Virus record (IMG/VR): IMGVR_UViG_3300023245_000006
Coordinates: 32,704-96,703 of that record
DNA length: 64,000 nt
Source of the DNA: a virus
Strand: one strand, 5' to 3'
Both the position numbers and the translations under genes were made by a program. Each line of letters starts with the position of its first letter. Within the stretch, counting starts at the first letter, position 1. Shown piece by piece: positions 1-10,205 of the stretch. The notes beneath the pieces were generated by a model. It saw only the letters and a program-made list of their open reading frames with translations, was not told the DNA's origin and did not search any database.

Positions 1-433
1 CTGCTTCGATATTATCGATACACCAATCTTGTCGATAGTGTCCAAGGGGTCGAGGATACGGATTTTTATTATCGCAGGAGGTTTCTTTAATAACAAATCC
101 TTTTTGACCTTCAAGAATCAATACGACTGTTTTGTCTGCGAATTGTATACAATATGGTTTTTTTTCTCCAAGGATTTGTGAAGGTGTAAGTTTTGATTTC
201 ATGGTTTTAAGGTATTTTAGTTTTGATTAAATGTCAATCCTCATCTTCGAGTTCTTCACCTTCCGATGTCACAAGAGACCATCCAAGTTGTGTAAGTGCT
301 TCGGTTCGAGGTTCTTGTCCTTCTTCAACAGAGAATTCAATCTTATCTGCTTCATCGAAGGTGCTCAGTAGTTTGTAGTTTTTTTCTTCCATATTTTAGT
401 TTTATTTTTATTTGTTTTGTTTTAGATTTTTGT

Positions 434-700
434 TTACCATATATCCACGAAAGTTCCGTGTACATCAGTCTGAACATTGTTGATCATATTTTCTAGACTT
501 TCTAAGTATTCCATCGATTCTTGGTCAGGGCTTCTACCTGTTTCGCAAACTTCACTTTGTTCGTCAATATCCAATATATCAACTTTGATTTCGCCTTCGG
601 GAAAGTTACCAGATACTCCAGTAACGACCCCACCGTCAACTGTGATGATGATTCTTTTTGTCATATTATTACGATTAGAGGATTTCTTGCATTTTGTCAA
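434..700 (-). CDS. hypothetical phage protein
   Basis: ORF overlapping the end of the upstream gene; acidic C-terminus. Confidence 0.55.
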   Translation of the reverse strand: MTKCKKSSNRNNMTKRIIITVDGGVVTGVSGNFPEGEIKVDILDIDEQSEVCETGRSPDQESMEYLESLENMINNVQTDVHGTFVDIW

Positions 701-1349
701 TGCTTTTCTTCTGTGTTCCGTGGGCCGGAAAATAGATAATGTAATCTTTTCGTTCCATTTTTTGGCACAGTCCGCATTTTTCGCAGGTCATTGCATCGCG
801 ATAGGTGGCCGGACAGGCAAGGAACTTTTCGCCCTTGTATTCAAAGCTGGTGCGAGATTCGCCACTAGGAACTACTGCACAAACCGGAACACCATGTTTT
901 GCAAGTTCAACGGCATGGTCCGGATCATTGGCCGAAAGATTGATAGAAAATCCACCGCTGATAGCAGTCTTGATTGTTGCAAGGTTATGGGGTGTAGGTT
1001 CATGGTGGGTGTAGGTAAATCCGCGTTTACCTTTGTTGGCACTGGTGAGCTTTTCAACAAAATCTTTATCGATTGCCCCGAAAAAGTTAGGAAGATCGCC
1101 TGCCTGATTGTGCCTCCATAGTTGACCCTTTGGAAAGGCACTAACACCTTTGAGGAAAGAAGCACCATCAATACCACGATCAGTATCCGTTACTTTGTTC
1201 CAGTGAATATTAAGAGGGCCGTTCTTTGCATAGCATCCTTTTTCATAGAAAGAACAAGTCGTAGGACAAGAATCTTTAGATGTAGTTGTAACCGGAATAG
1301 GTCCTGTTTTGGAATTGCTAGATTTTCGAGTAATGTGGTATTTTGTCAT
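675..1349 (-). CDS. conserved Cys-containing phage protein (DUF7227/Gp88-like)
   Basis: NSKTGPIPVT..CP..C....GCYA, WRHNQAGD and C-terminal CxxCxxC...HG motifs; TTGAC promoter upstream. Confidence 0.65.
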   Translation of the reverse strand: MTKYHITRKSSNSKTGPIPVTTTSKDSCPTTCSFYEKGCYAKNGPLNIHWNKVTDTDRGIDGASFLKGVSAFPKGQLWRHNQAGDLPNFFGAIDKDFVEKLTSANKGKRGFTYTHHEPTPHNLATIKTAISGGFSINLSANDPDHAVELAKHGVPVCAVVPSGESRTSFEYKGEKFLACPATYRDAMTCEKCGLCQKMERKDYIIYFPAHGTQKKSIDKMQEIL

Positions 1350-1474
1350 GGATAGTAGAATAGTAAAAGTTTATGGTATAGTCAAGGCATTTTAATAAAA
1401 AGATAGTCTGTCCCCTCTCCTAAATCTTCTACCATTAAAAGACTCTGGAGAAGGGACAAACAAATCTATTTAGG

Positions 1475-2248
1475 TTAGAACCTACAGTTTGAACCGTTTC
1501 CGGCAATTACCTCAATTGGGCGAGACTTCTCGTTGATAATGACCTTGTTGACAGTCTCGCCTTCTTCGGCAAAACGATCATCCCGAGCACTTGCCCGACT
1601 GGAATAAACGAGGGCGTTCTCCAAATTGGCCGTATAGACCGATTTTGTATTGCGATTTAGGAATCGTCCGGTTTTGATGTTTCGGATAACCCATGCTGTT
1701 GCTGTTTTTGTTTTTGTTTTCATATTTTTTAATCGTATCAGTTTTTTAATATTTGTCAATTGTTTTGTGCAAATAAAGATATTTTTACCAGCCGAGCTAA
1801 CGGTGAAGAGAGTTTCGAGAACTTTCTTAAATGCATTACTATCTTGCTCCTCGAAGTATCTTGGAGATTGTGGATAGTTGATGATCAAGAGTCCACCCCT
1901 TTTAATGCCCTTGTGTATCTCCATAAGGGCACGACCTTGCATTTTGGCATCAGACCATGTATTTGCAACATTAGAGGCATATACGACATCGTAGCTCGAA
2001 CGTGCTACCTTTGTTACCATTCCAGGTTTCCGGTTATTCCCAAAGTCGTAGGCATCAACCTTAAATCCTAGATCATTTAAACGGTGTGCATGAATTTGAT
2101 CGGGTCCGCACCCATAATCCAAAATATGAAGTTCTCTAGAAAGAACATCTTCTACGAATCGAGGGACGAGCGCATTCTTTCCGACGATGCCAGCAGACCG
2201 TGCAGATTTGTTGGCTTTGATTATTTCGAGTGGTAATACTTTCATCAT
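1475..2248 (-). CDS. class I SAM-dependent methyltransferase, in frame with a small downstream protein (second start at 1723)
   Basis: ILDYGCG motif I and YDVVYASNV; internal promoter before MKTKTK. Confidence 0.7.
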   Translation of the reverse strand: MMKVLPLEIIKANKSARSAGIVGKNALVPRFVEDVLSRELHILDYGCGPDQIHAHRLNDLGFKVDAYDFGNNRKPGMVTKVARSSYDVVYASNVANTWSDAKMQGRALMEIHKGIKRGGLLIINYPQSPRYFEEQDSNAFKKVLETLFTVSSAGKNIFICTKQLTNIKKLIRLKNMKTKTKTATAWVIRNIKTGRFLNRNTKSVYTANLENALVYSSRASARDDRFAEEGETVNKVIINEKSRPIEVIAGNGSNCRF

Positions 2249-2272
2249 TTTTTAAGGTTATGTAATTTTTGT

Positions 2273-2503
2273 TTAGATGTCAAGGTTCGAAGTTTTGCAG
2301 ACGAGAATTAATGCTCTTTTTCTAGGTCCATATGCAGAAGAATGAGATAATCTATAATACCCAGTGTCTCCGATTGGTCCAGATCCCGAAGCATTAGATG
2401 ATTTACTTTCTAAAAGTTTTTTGATTTCATTTTTATCGGCGATATCGATCACCTGATATTTTCCTTTAGGGTAGAATTGTTCGAGCGAAAGTTCTTTGGA
2501 CAT
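2273..2503 (-). CDS. hypothetical protein
   Basis: ORF with TTGACA promoter just upstream. Confidence 0.6.
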   Translation of the reverse strand: MSKELSLEQFYPKGKYQVIDIADKNEIKKLLESKSSNASGSGPIGDTGYYRLSHSSAYGPRKRALILVCKTSNLDI

Positions 2504-2626
2504 GGATCAAAGACTAGGGGTTTTTACACAAATGTCAAGGACCGATTCCCAAAGAATGATTTTTTACTTTGGGAGATATTTCCCTTATATTTAAAATCAA
2601 TCGGTTCTTCCCCGAAAAGGAAATTT

Positions 2627-2935
2627 TCATTTGATAATTTTGATCTTGTAGCCAAGTAGTTTTTCCAGTTCGGCTACTGTAATGTCTTTGGAGGTTTGTG
2701 TTTTGATTTTAAACTCAGACTCCGTGTATTCCTTACCATTGATGTACCATGATTTATATCCATTTGGATCTTCAATTGCAGGTCCGTCTTCACGATGGAG
2801 ATTACCATTGAGGTACCATGCACTATATCCATCGGAATCTTCAATGGCTGGTCCGTCTTCACGATGGAGATTGCCATTGAGGTACCATGATTTATGCCCA
2901 TCCTCCACTTCGACTGTGTATGTGATTTTATTCAT
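2627..2935 (-). CDS. HREDGPA (MORN-like) repeat protein, 2 repeats
   Basis: 22-aa W(Y/F)xNGxxHREDGPA repeats; one of five paralogs. Confidence 0.85.
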   Translation of the reverse strand: MNKITYTVEVEDGHKSWYLNGNLHREDGPAIEDSDGYSAWYLNGNLHREDGPAIEDPNGYKSWYINGKEYTESEFKIKTQTSKDITVAELEKLLGYKIKIIK

Positions 2936-3309
2936 TTGATAATTTTGATCTTGTAACCAATTAGTTCTTCCAGTTCGACTACCGTAAGGTCTTTGGGTTT
3001 TTGTGTTTTGGCTTTAAACTCAGACTCCGTGTATTTCACACCATTGATGTACCATGCACTATATCCATTTGAATCTTCAATGGCTGGACCGTCTTCCCGG
3101 TGGAACTTATTATTGAGGTACCATGCACTATATCCATTTAGGCCCTCAAGTGCTGGTCCGTCTTCCCTGTGGAGTTCCCCGTTGAGGTACCATTGTTTAT
3201 TCCCATTTGGATCTTCAACGGCTGGACCGTCTTCACGATGGAGTTTGCCATTGAGGTACCATGCACTATATCCGTCCTCTACTTCTACTGTGTATGTGAT
3301 TTTATTCAT
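2932..3309 (-). CDS. HREDGPA repeat protein, 3 repeats
   Basis: same repeats and conserved termini. Confidence 0.85.
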   Translation of the reverse strand: MNKITYTVEVEDGYSAWYLNGKLHREDGPAVEDPNGNKQWYLNGELHREDGPALEGLNGYSAWYLNNKFHREDGPAIEDSNGYSAWYINGVKYTESEFKAKTQKPKDLTVVELEELIGYKIKIIK

Positions 3310-3353
3310 TTGATCTATATTAGTTTAGAGTTTGTTACGTGTCAAGGCTATTT

Positions 3354-3668
3354 TCATGTTTTGGAGATAATTTTGATCTTGTAGCCAAGTAGTTTTTCGA
3401 GTTCGGCTACTGTGATGTCTTTGGAGGTTTGTATTTTGATTTTAAACTCAGACTCCGTATATTTCACACCATTGAGGTACCATGATTTATTCTCATTTGA
3501 CCATTCAACGGCTGGTCCGTCTTCACGATGGAGTTCACCATTGAGGTACCATGATTTATGCCCATTTGAATCTTCAACGGCTGGACCGTCTTCCCGGTGG
3601 AGTTTACCATTGAGGTACCATTCTTTATAGCCATCCTCTACTTCGACTGTGTATGTGATTTTATTCAT
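3354..3668 (-). CDS. HREDGPA repeat protein, 2 repeats
   Basis: same repeats and conserved termini. Confidence 0.85.
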   Translation of the reverse strand: MNKITYTVEVEDGYKEWYLNGKLHREDGPAVEDSNGHKSWYLNGELHREDGPAVEWSNENKSWYLNGVKYTESEFKIKIQTSKDITVAELEKLLGYKIKIISKT

Positions 3669-3675
3669 TTTTATA

Positions 3676-3704
3676 TACTAGCTTAGGGTTTTATACGTGT
3701 CAAG
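3676..3704 (-). promoter_or_regulatory. sigma70-type early promoter (example of a type found before many minus-strand genes)
   Basis: TTGACA-17 nt-TAGTAT a few nt before ATG; near-identical copies at ~3318-3346, ~4105-4133 and ~4601-4629. Confidence 0.8.
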
Positions 3705-3711
3705 GCCATTT

Positions 3712-4098
3712 TCATTTGATAATTTTGATCTTGTAGCCAAGTAGTTTTTCGAGTTCGGCTACTGTGATGTCTTTGGAGGTTTGTATTTTGATTTTAAACT
3801 CAGACTCCGTATATTTCACACCATTGATGAACCATTTTTTAGTCCCATTTGAGTATTCAATGGCTGGTCCGTCTTCCCTATGGAGTTCACCATTGATGTA
3901 CCATGCATTATATCCACTATCTCCATTTGAGTATTCAACGGCTGGTCCGTCTTCACGATGGAGATTACCATTGATGAACCATGCACTATATCCACTTAAA
4001 CCTTCAATGGCCGGACCATCTTCGCGATGGCGTTTACCATTGAGGTACCATGCACTATAGCCATCCTCTACTTCGACTGTGTATGTGATTTTATTCAT
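3712..4098 (-). CDS. HREDGPA repeat protein, 3 repeats
   Basis: same repeats and conserved termini. Confidence 0.85.
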   Translation of the reverse strand: MNKITYTVEVEDGYSAWYLNGKRHREDGPAIEGLSGYSAWFINGNLHREDGPAVEYSNGDSGYNAWYINGELHREDGPAIEYSNGTKKWFINGVKYTESEFKIKIQTSKDITVAELEKLLGYKIKIIK

Positions 4099-4141
4099 TT
4101 TTATATACTAGCTTAGGGTTTTATATATGTCAAGGCAGTTT

Positions 4142-4594
4142 TCATGTTTTGGAGATAATTTTAATCTTGTAGCCAAGTAGTTTTTCCAGTTCGGCTACGG
4201 TAATGTTTTTGGTTTTTTGTGTTTTGATTTTAAACTCAGACTCCGTGTGTTTCTCACCATTGATGAACCATGATTTATCCCCATTTGAGTATTCAACGGC
4301 TGGTCCGTCCTCCCGATGGAGTTTGCCATTGAGGTACCATTCTTTATATCCATTTGGACTTTCAACGGCTGGACCGTCTTCCCTGTGGAGTTTACCATTG
4401 AGGAACCATTTTTTAGTCCCATTTGAGTATTCAATGGCTGGTCCGTCTTCACGATGGAGTTCACCATTGATGAACCATGCACTATATCCATCTGAATTTA
4501 GAACGGCTGGACCGTCTTCCCGATGGAACTTATCATTGAGGTACCATGCACTATAGCCATCCTCTACTTCGACTGTGTATGTGATTTTATTCAT
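4142..4594 (-). CDS. HREDGPA repeat protein, 4 repeats
   Basis: same repeats and conserved termini. Confidence 0.85.
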   Translation of the reverse strand: MNKITYTVEVEDGYSAWYLNDKFHREDGPAVLNSDGYSAWFINGELHREDGPAIEYSNGTKKWFLNGKLHREDGPAVESPNGYKEWYLNGKLHREDGPAVEYSNGDKSWFINGEKHTESEFKIKTQKTKNITVAELEKLLGYKIKIISKT

Positions 4595-4625
4595 TTTTAT
4601 ATACTAGGTTAGAGTTTTATATACG

Positions 4626-4874
4626 TCAAACACAATTTTCACAAATCTCAACCGTCGTTTCGGCACTCTGATAATATGTATTTTTCCAGCCAAAATTTGA
4701 CCTATATGCACTGGTGACATATTCTCCGGTGGTATATTTACGATAACCATAGGCAATGTGAGAAAGAACACGGTCCACGGTGCCGATGATTACGGTTGTT
4801 GCTCTTCCATATCCGTTCCTGCGGGCAATGATGTTTGCTCGGAGCTGTTGCTGTGGGATGATTTCTTGTTTCAT
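4626..4874 (-). CDS. hypothetical protein
   Basis: ORF with TTGACA promoter. Confidence 0.6.
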   Translation of the reverse strand: MKQEIIPQQQLRANIIARRNGYGRATTVIIGTVDRVLSHIAYGYRKYTTGEYVTSAYRSNFGWKNTYYQSAETTVEICENCV

Positions 4875-4899
4875 ACCTACAAACTACGCACAATTTACA

Positions 4900-6400
4900 A
4901 CCATGTCAAATAAAATTATTCTCTAGGGGAAAAGTAATGATCCAAAGTTGTAAATAGTTTATTTAAAATCATTTAGAAAAGTTCAGAAATTTCTCGTTTT
5001 TTAGAACCACTAAGTCTTTTCCCTTTGTGCAATAAATTTAGACTATCATGGATTTGAAATTTTGTCACCAACAATCTTTATGTATTTTTCAGAATTTTAA
5101 AAAAATTCAACCCTGTCTCCCCTTGTAACACAATAGCAAAACCTTGAAATTTGTCAAGACTAAATTTTCAGAATTTTCAGAATTTTCAGAAAACTCGGCC
5201 CGTGCCAATTTTTCTGAATTTTCTGAAAGGGGTAGGTGTTCCCTGTGTGGTATAAATTTATTCTTACATATTTTGAGAATTTTGTCAATCTTTTAAATTT
5301 TCTGCAATTGTAAACCATTGATTTACAAGCATTTACGATGTTTCAGAAGATTTTTCTTTACATTTTCGAAATGGATTCGGTAATTTTTTTACATGATAAA
5401 TGAAGGAGGCGAAATTAAATAAACGTGTATGTAGTTGGTTTTCAGTAACTTACGAATAATCGGATAGCCGAAGTTCGTAAGTCATTGGTAATCATTGGTT
5501 TATGCAAGTGGTTGTAAGTCATTGGTAATCATTGGTTTATGCAAGTGGTTGTAAGTCATTGGTAATCATTGGTTTACAGAAAAGTCATAAGTGGTTGAAA
5601 ATCAGTAACTTATCTAAGTCATTGATATTCAAAGACTTAGATTATTACACAAAAATAGTAAATACTAAAAAATAGTAAATACTCTTTATTACACAAAAAC
5701 CGTAAAAACCTGTAAAACCTGTAAAACCTGTGAAAAAATCGTCCTACGGACAAAACATCCACAAATTTTTAAATGGTCGGTGCTATTTTGATACTATGAA
5801 CAAAAAAGAAAAAAACCTATATTATTTTTCATTTGTTCTCCTATTAATATAATCTGGTTCTTTTCTTTGGTAAACCTTAGTGTACAAAAACAGATCTATG
5901 TTCCCTTATACCTGTCACACTGTCTATATGAAAATAGTCTAGGGAAATTTTTTTTTTTAGATCGTCTGGTTCTGTTCTTGGTTTGAGAAAGATACTTTTT
6001 CACATATCCTTTTATAATGAATCACCATATATATATGGTCTTGTTTATATTATTAATGATCCTATATACATTTTCTTGATCTAATAGATATATCATATCA
6101 CCAGATCGTTTATTCTTTATTAATTCGAGTCTCATAATTTTTTGGTTCATATTGATATCAGTGTTGTATTCTTACACCATGTTCTATTTCTACACCATGT
6201 TCTATTATTACACCTAGTTCCTTTTCATTCTATTCTCATTATAGTATAGGGTCTTATCTATATCTACGATCTTAATTAACCAGATGTTCTATTTTAGTTC
6301 TTTTTTTTTTGCACACGATTCCAACAAAGGTTTCGGGTTTTGCCCTTTTCTTCTACCCACCGGACATTTTGGTTTTTCATATTTTAATTTGTTATAGATA
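4900..6400. other. long AT-rich non-coding region (candidate origin or genome end) with tandem leftward promoters and repeats
   Basis: no ORF >=60 aa in the ORF track; TTTTCAGAA, AAAACCTGT and TACACCATGTTCTATT repeats; IHF-like boxes. Confidence 0.55.
5477..5577. repeat. 37-bp tandem repeat (~2.7 copies)
   Basis: unit GTAAGTCATTGGTAATCATTGGTTTATGCAAGTGGTT. Confidence 0.9.
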
Positions 6401-6409
6401 AAAAACCTA

Positions 6410-6631
6410 TTATCCCCCAATTCTGTTCCATTTATGATCCGAGAATTTATCGGGATTTTCTGCTAATTGGGATGTATGGGTGGGTAGAGATTTTATCTCG
6501 TTATAACCCTTGACCATTAAAAATTCATTGATGTTTTCGTTGGTGGGTGGGATATCTTCTAGAATTTCATCCAATTTAGGATCTTTGATCAATTTTAGGT
6601 TCATAATATTTCCCACGATCATACCACACAC
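6410..6631 (-). CDS. hypothetical protein
   Basis: ORF; true start probably MNLKL. Confidence 0.5.
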   Translation of the reverse strand: MCGMIVGNIMNLKLIKDPKLDEILEDIPPTNENINEFLMVKGYNEIKSLPTHTSQLAENPDKFSDHKWNRIGG

Positions 6632-6720
6632 ATTTACCTTGTCAAAATATATTTGTTTAATGGTTCCATTTGTCCATTATTACGAACATTTAGTAACAAT
6701 TCGAATATTTTTGGTCCCTT

Positions 6721-9366
6721 TTACCTGAAAAAGAAGTCCCTAAATCGCCCAAATGATTCATTTCGGGTCTTTGTAGCAACCTTTTCGATAGTTTCTTTTT
6801 GTGTATCGGTCAGTTGATCCATCAAAATTTTGGGTGGTACCATTGCCGGATCGTGAACATATGTCATGTGATATACTATACTATTAACAATTTCATTATC
6901 TTTCAAAATTGGTTTAAAATATGCATCTGGGATGTCTTTGATGTTATCATTGATCAGCCCTTTGAGGAACCTAATAGCAGTCGGGATCGTAGAAAGGGCA
7001 CTTTCTATCAATTCTTTTGGAACCTTTTCAATCATTTTTCCATGGTTCATGTCTTTATAGTTTTTGGGAGCATCTCGTTCTATAATTTTAAAGATCATTT
7101 TGGTTGCCGTTTCGGGATGGAGTGCAATTACCTTGATCCATTTATCAGGAATTTCTTCGCCTTTATCGATGAATTTTCTGTATACAAATTTAGCCTGTGT
7201 TGAAGATGACCCTCCTTTTATGATCCCATCTACAATATATTCAGGGATCTTGGCACCCATTCTTTTAGATAAAATATGCACCACAAAGTCGTCCAGAACC
7301 AAATCATCATCTAAAATTGGTTCTATCAAATATTTTGGATATGCATCGATTGGAATAAAATCGGCCATATTAGCACGTTTATAAACATCATAGGATGCTC
7401 GTGCTGATTTAGAAATAGTATCTAATAATTTCGGAGGAATATTATGCAGATCGACATCTCTGAGCATAAAGATCGCAACATCCCTAGACAGTGTATAACT
7501 CTTGGCTAGTGCTTCAATAACCTCATTCGGTAGTGTTAAATCATCGGCCTTTTTTAATAATTCTTGCGATATGTTAAGTACATTGTATTCTAGTGCTCCA
7601 CCTGCGGTTGCCAAAGCCGTGTCTCGAATCTTTTGAGGGATACGATAATAATCAACACTATTTCTAATGGCTCTTTGAATAAAGTTAGATGAGTTTGAAG
7701 TATCAGAAGAGATTCGATCAATTAAAGATTCATGAATTTTTTGATTGTTATTGATTAAAAATAGTGCTGTTTTAAATGCTGATACCTCATTTTCGATTAC
7801 GGCACCGATTAGTTCATCCGTAATTGGAATTTTTTTATCCATTAAAAATGTTATATAGTCGGCACTTGCATATGGACTTTGTAAAATTTGATTGTGAATA
7901 GCTTCAGGAACCTTTAGGTTATTTGATAGTAACTTTTCGGCAATATTAACCGAAAATGATGGGCTATAAAGAGCCACTCTCTGATATAGTCTTTCATCTA
8001 TTGGTTGTTTCTTATCAAGTAGTACACTTAGAATATCATAAATGGTTTCTGGTGATCCGGTGGTTAATATTCTTTTATAGACTTCTTCAGGAACATCCGA
8101 TAATGATCTTCCATTATCTATTAGTGTCACAACATACATTCCGGCCTTGGTAGAATTTGATAATAGTGTATCAATGAAATTTTGCGGAACTTCTTTTATC
8201 TGTCCTAAGATTTTCAATTCGTCTGGGGTGAAATCAAATTCATCATCGTCGTCCCATGCACCCAATTCTCGTTCTACGTTTTGTTTCTTCTTGTCCCAAT
8301 ATCTCTTCTTTGGTGCCGGATATTGATCTAAGGTTTCATAATCGAGATTAATGTCTTCGTCTTCTGAGTTTTCAACGGCTACTTCGAGAACAGGCTTAAC
8401 CAGATCTCTTTGCCTGATATTTTCCCAATCTTCTTTAGTTAGGTTATGAAACGAAGTATACATTAAGATGTCTTCCAAAGTTTTAAAATGTTCGACTCCA
8501 TTTTCCTCATAGAACTTTTCATAATATTCTTGTTCTTTTCCGGTGATCGGAACCGATTTAAAGATTCCTTGATCAAATGCACGTTTAAGATCTGGATACT
8601 TTTTGATGATCTGTTTGGGGGTGGAACTATAATCATGATTCTCTTTGACGTTGTTGTATTGATAACCACCATCTTCGACTGCATCGACCAAGATATATCT
8701 ATTTTCTTTCTTTAGCCATATAAAGTATGTGGTTAGTTTCTTCTCCCATCTATAAGAATGGTAGTAGTGACTAGCCGATGAACCGGAAATACAAAGATTA
8801 GTTCCTTTACCGTATTTCTTACAGCTAGAAACAGATTTTCTAGGATCATCGGAATTGTTAGATAAGAACACGGTAATGTTTTCATCATCATATACTTTAT
8901 TAGGATCTGCATCGGTTCCTAAGACGTGCAATTCTTGATTTGCACGTCCTTCTGACATTTTGGAATGAATCTGTTCGGTCCATTTAAGAAAATCTGGTGC
9001 CTTATGGATGGTTTTTTGGTTGAAAAGTGATGCTTGCTCGGTGTAATCCTTATATTCTTTACTTAATAAGTTGATATTGGCCCCTGCTACTAAGAAATTG
9101 GTAAGAGGAACAATGTCTGAAAGGTTTTTATCCTTTGGGTTGTATTTGGTAATGATCTCGGCTAATGATTCGACGGTTCCGTTCCATTTTGTCTTGGCAC
9201 TGTCAAAGGCATCTTTGTTCTCTGGGTTGTTCTTGGCCTTAAAAACTTGGTATCCGATTTCTTTTTTAACCAAAATGTTTAGTGCCTGCGCCTTACTAGA
9301 TTCTGCATCTTCTTCCAAAATTGATAGGTAGAGGCTTTCTAACAGAATTGTGTCGTTATCGCGCAT
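6721..9366 (-). CDS. large helical protein, probable internal virion protein
   Basis: 881 aa; TATAAGTA upstream; N-terminal DTILLESLY..ILEE and C-terminal ESF..F..FF motifs. Confidence 0.6.
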   Translation of the reverse strand: MRDNDTILLESLYLSILEEDAESSKAQALNILVKKEIGYQVFKAKNNPENKDAFDSAKTKWNGTVESLAEIITKYNPKDKNLSDIVPLTNFLVAGANINLLSKEYKDYTEQASLFNQKTIHKAPDFLKWTEQIHSKMSEGRANQELHVLGTDADPNKVYDDENITVFLSNNSDDPRKSVSSCKKYGKGTNLCISGSSASHYYHSYRWEKKLTTYFIWLKKENRYILVDAVEDGGYQYNNVKENHDYSSTPKQIIKKYPDLKRAFDQGIFKSVPITGKEQEYYEKFYEENGVEHFKTLEDILMYTSFHNLTKEDWENIRQRDLVKPVLEVAVENSEDEDINLDYETLDQYPAPKKRYWDKKKQNVERELGAWDDDDEFDFTPDELKILGQIKEVPQNFIDTLLSNSTKAGMYVVTLIDNGRSLSDVPEEVYKRILTTGSPETIYDILSVLLDKKQPIDERLYQRVALYSPSFSVNIAEKLLSNNLKVPEAIHNQILQSPYASADYITFLMDKKIPITDELIGAVIENEVSAFKTALFLINNNQKIHESLIDRISSDTSNSSNFIQRAIRNSVDYYRIPQKIRDTALATAGGALEYNVLNISQELLKKADDLTLPNEVIEALAKSYTLSRDVAIFMLRDVDLHNIPPKLLDTISKSARASYDVYKRANMADFIPIDAYPKYLIEPILDDDLVLDDFVVHILSKRMGAKIPEYIVDGIIKGGSSSTQAKFVYRKFIDKGEEIPDKWIKVIALHPETATKMIFKIIERDAPKNYKDMNHGKMIEKVPKELIESALSTIPTAIRFLKGLINDNIKDIPDAYFKPILKDNEIVNSIVYHMTYVHDPAMVPPKILMDQLTDTQKETIEKVATKTRNESFGRFRDFFFR

Positions 9367-9373
9367 ATGGAAT

Positions 9374-9449
9374 TACTTATAGCGGTTTAAATATATTCAG
9401 AGGATATGATCAAAGAAAATGGTCTTTTAGTGTCTAATTAGTATAAGTA
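9374..9449. promoter_or_regulatory. divergent late-promoter-like TATAAGTA motifs
   Basis: TATAAGTA on - at 9374-9381 and on + at 9442-9449, each close to a start codon; variant of T4 TATAAATA. Confidence 0.65.
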
Positions 9450-9460
9450 GTTGATATATT

Positions 9461-10186
9461 ATGGGCGTAAAAATTTCTGAATTACCACTAAACACAAATC
9501 CTACACTATCGAGTGCAGTCATTCCGATGGTTGATGGTGGGGTGACATATCGGGTTACTCTATATGATGTTGTTGTTCCGTCCCTTTCGGCTCTAGATCT
9601 TAAAGAACCTATACAAACACCAGCCACCCAACTCGAAGCCGAAGCCGGGACGGAAGCGGCCTTGCGGTCGTGGAGTCCTTTGCGCGTCGGGGAGGCAGTG
9701 GCAGCACTCTCACAGGGCCCGGCCATAATTATCCGGGCGGGATTTTCGGGGGAGTCCTCAACTCAACAGGCGCTTTCGCAAGGCAGCTGGGGTAAAATCA
9801 TATTTAATGCATCCGTGAGCGGAGGAAGCTATATAGATCTAGCTGGGGGAATAATCACCCCACCAGCGGGGTTTGGGCTGATCAGCACTTACTGCGCGAT
9901 TAAGCCCGTGACCACAAAGGAATTCATGATAGCGACGGGGGTGTGGGTTAATGGAAGCGAATCGCACACCGAATCTATTCGAGCGTCTGACTTAGTGGTT
10001 CCGGACCCTGCAAACTTCGATGGAACAATTCCGTCAAGCTCAGGGATCGCGGTAGAATCGACAGCTTACTTCACATCAGACGGCACAAAGACATTTGAAC
10101 TCCGAGCGTGGGTGGGAGTAGCGTCTCACATGATGTCGTATTTCAAATCAGGCACGCGAATGGTGCTCCTATGGTTCCCTTCTTAA
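9461..10186 (+). CDS. tail-fibre-like protein, chimeric (AT-rich 5' part, GC-rich 3' part)
   Basis: MGVKISELP N-terminus and ATQLEAEAGT..SPLRV fibre motif. Confidence 0.6.
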   Translation: MGVKISELPLNTNPTLSSAVIPMVDGGVTYRVTLYDVVVPSLSALDLKEPIQTPATQLEAEAGTEAALRSWSPLRVGEAVAALSQGPAIIIRAGFSGESSTQQALSQGSWGKIIFNASVSGGSYIDLAGGIITPPAGFGLISTYCAIKPVTTKEFMIATGVWVNGSESHTESIRASDLVVPDPANFDGTIPSSSGIAVESTAYFTSDGTKTFELRAWVGVASHMMSYFKSGTRMVLLWFPS

Positions 10187-10205
10187 CCAAAAACAAAACA
10201 AAATT

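Noticed and set aside
2627-4594. Diversity-generating retroelement or CRISPR array
   Set aside because: The repeats are in-frame coding modules, there is no reverse transcriptase or cas gene in the window, and variation is not obviously adenine-specific.
5477-5577. CRISPR-like 37-bp repeats
   Set aside because: The units are directly abutting with no unique spacers.
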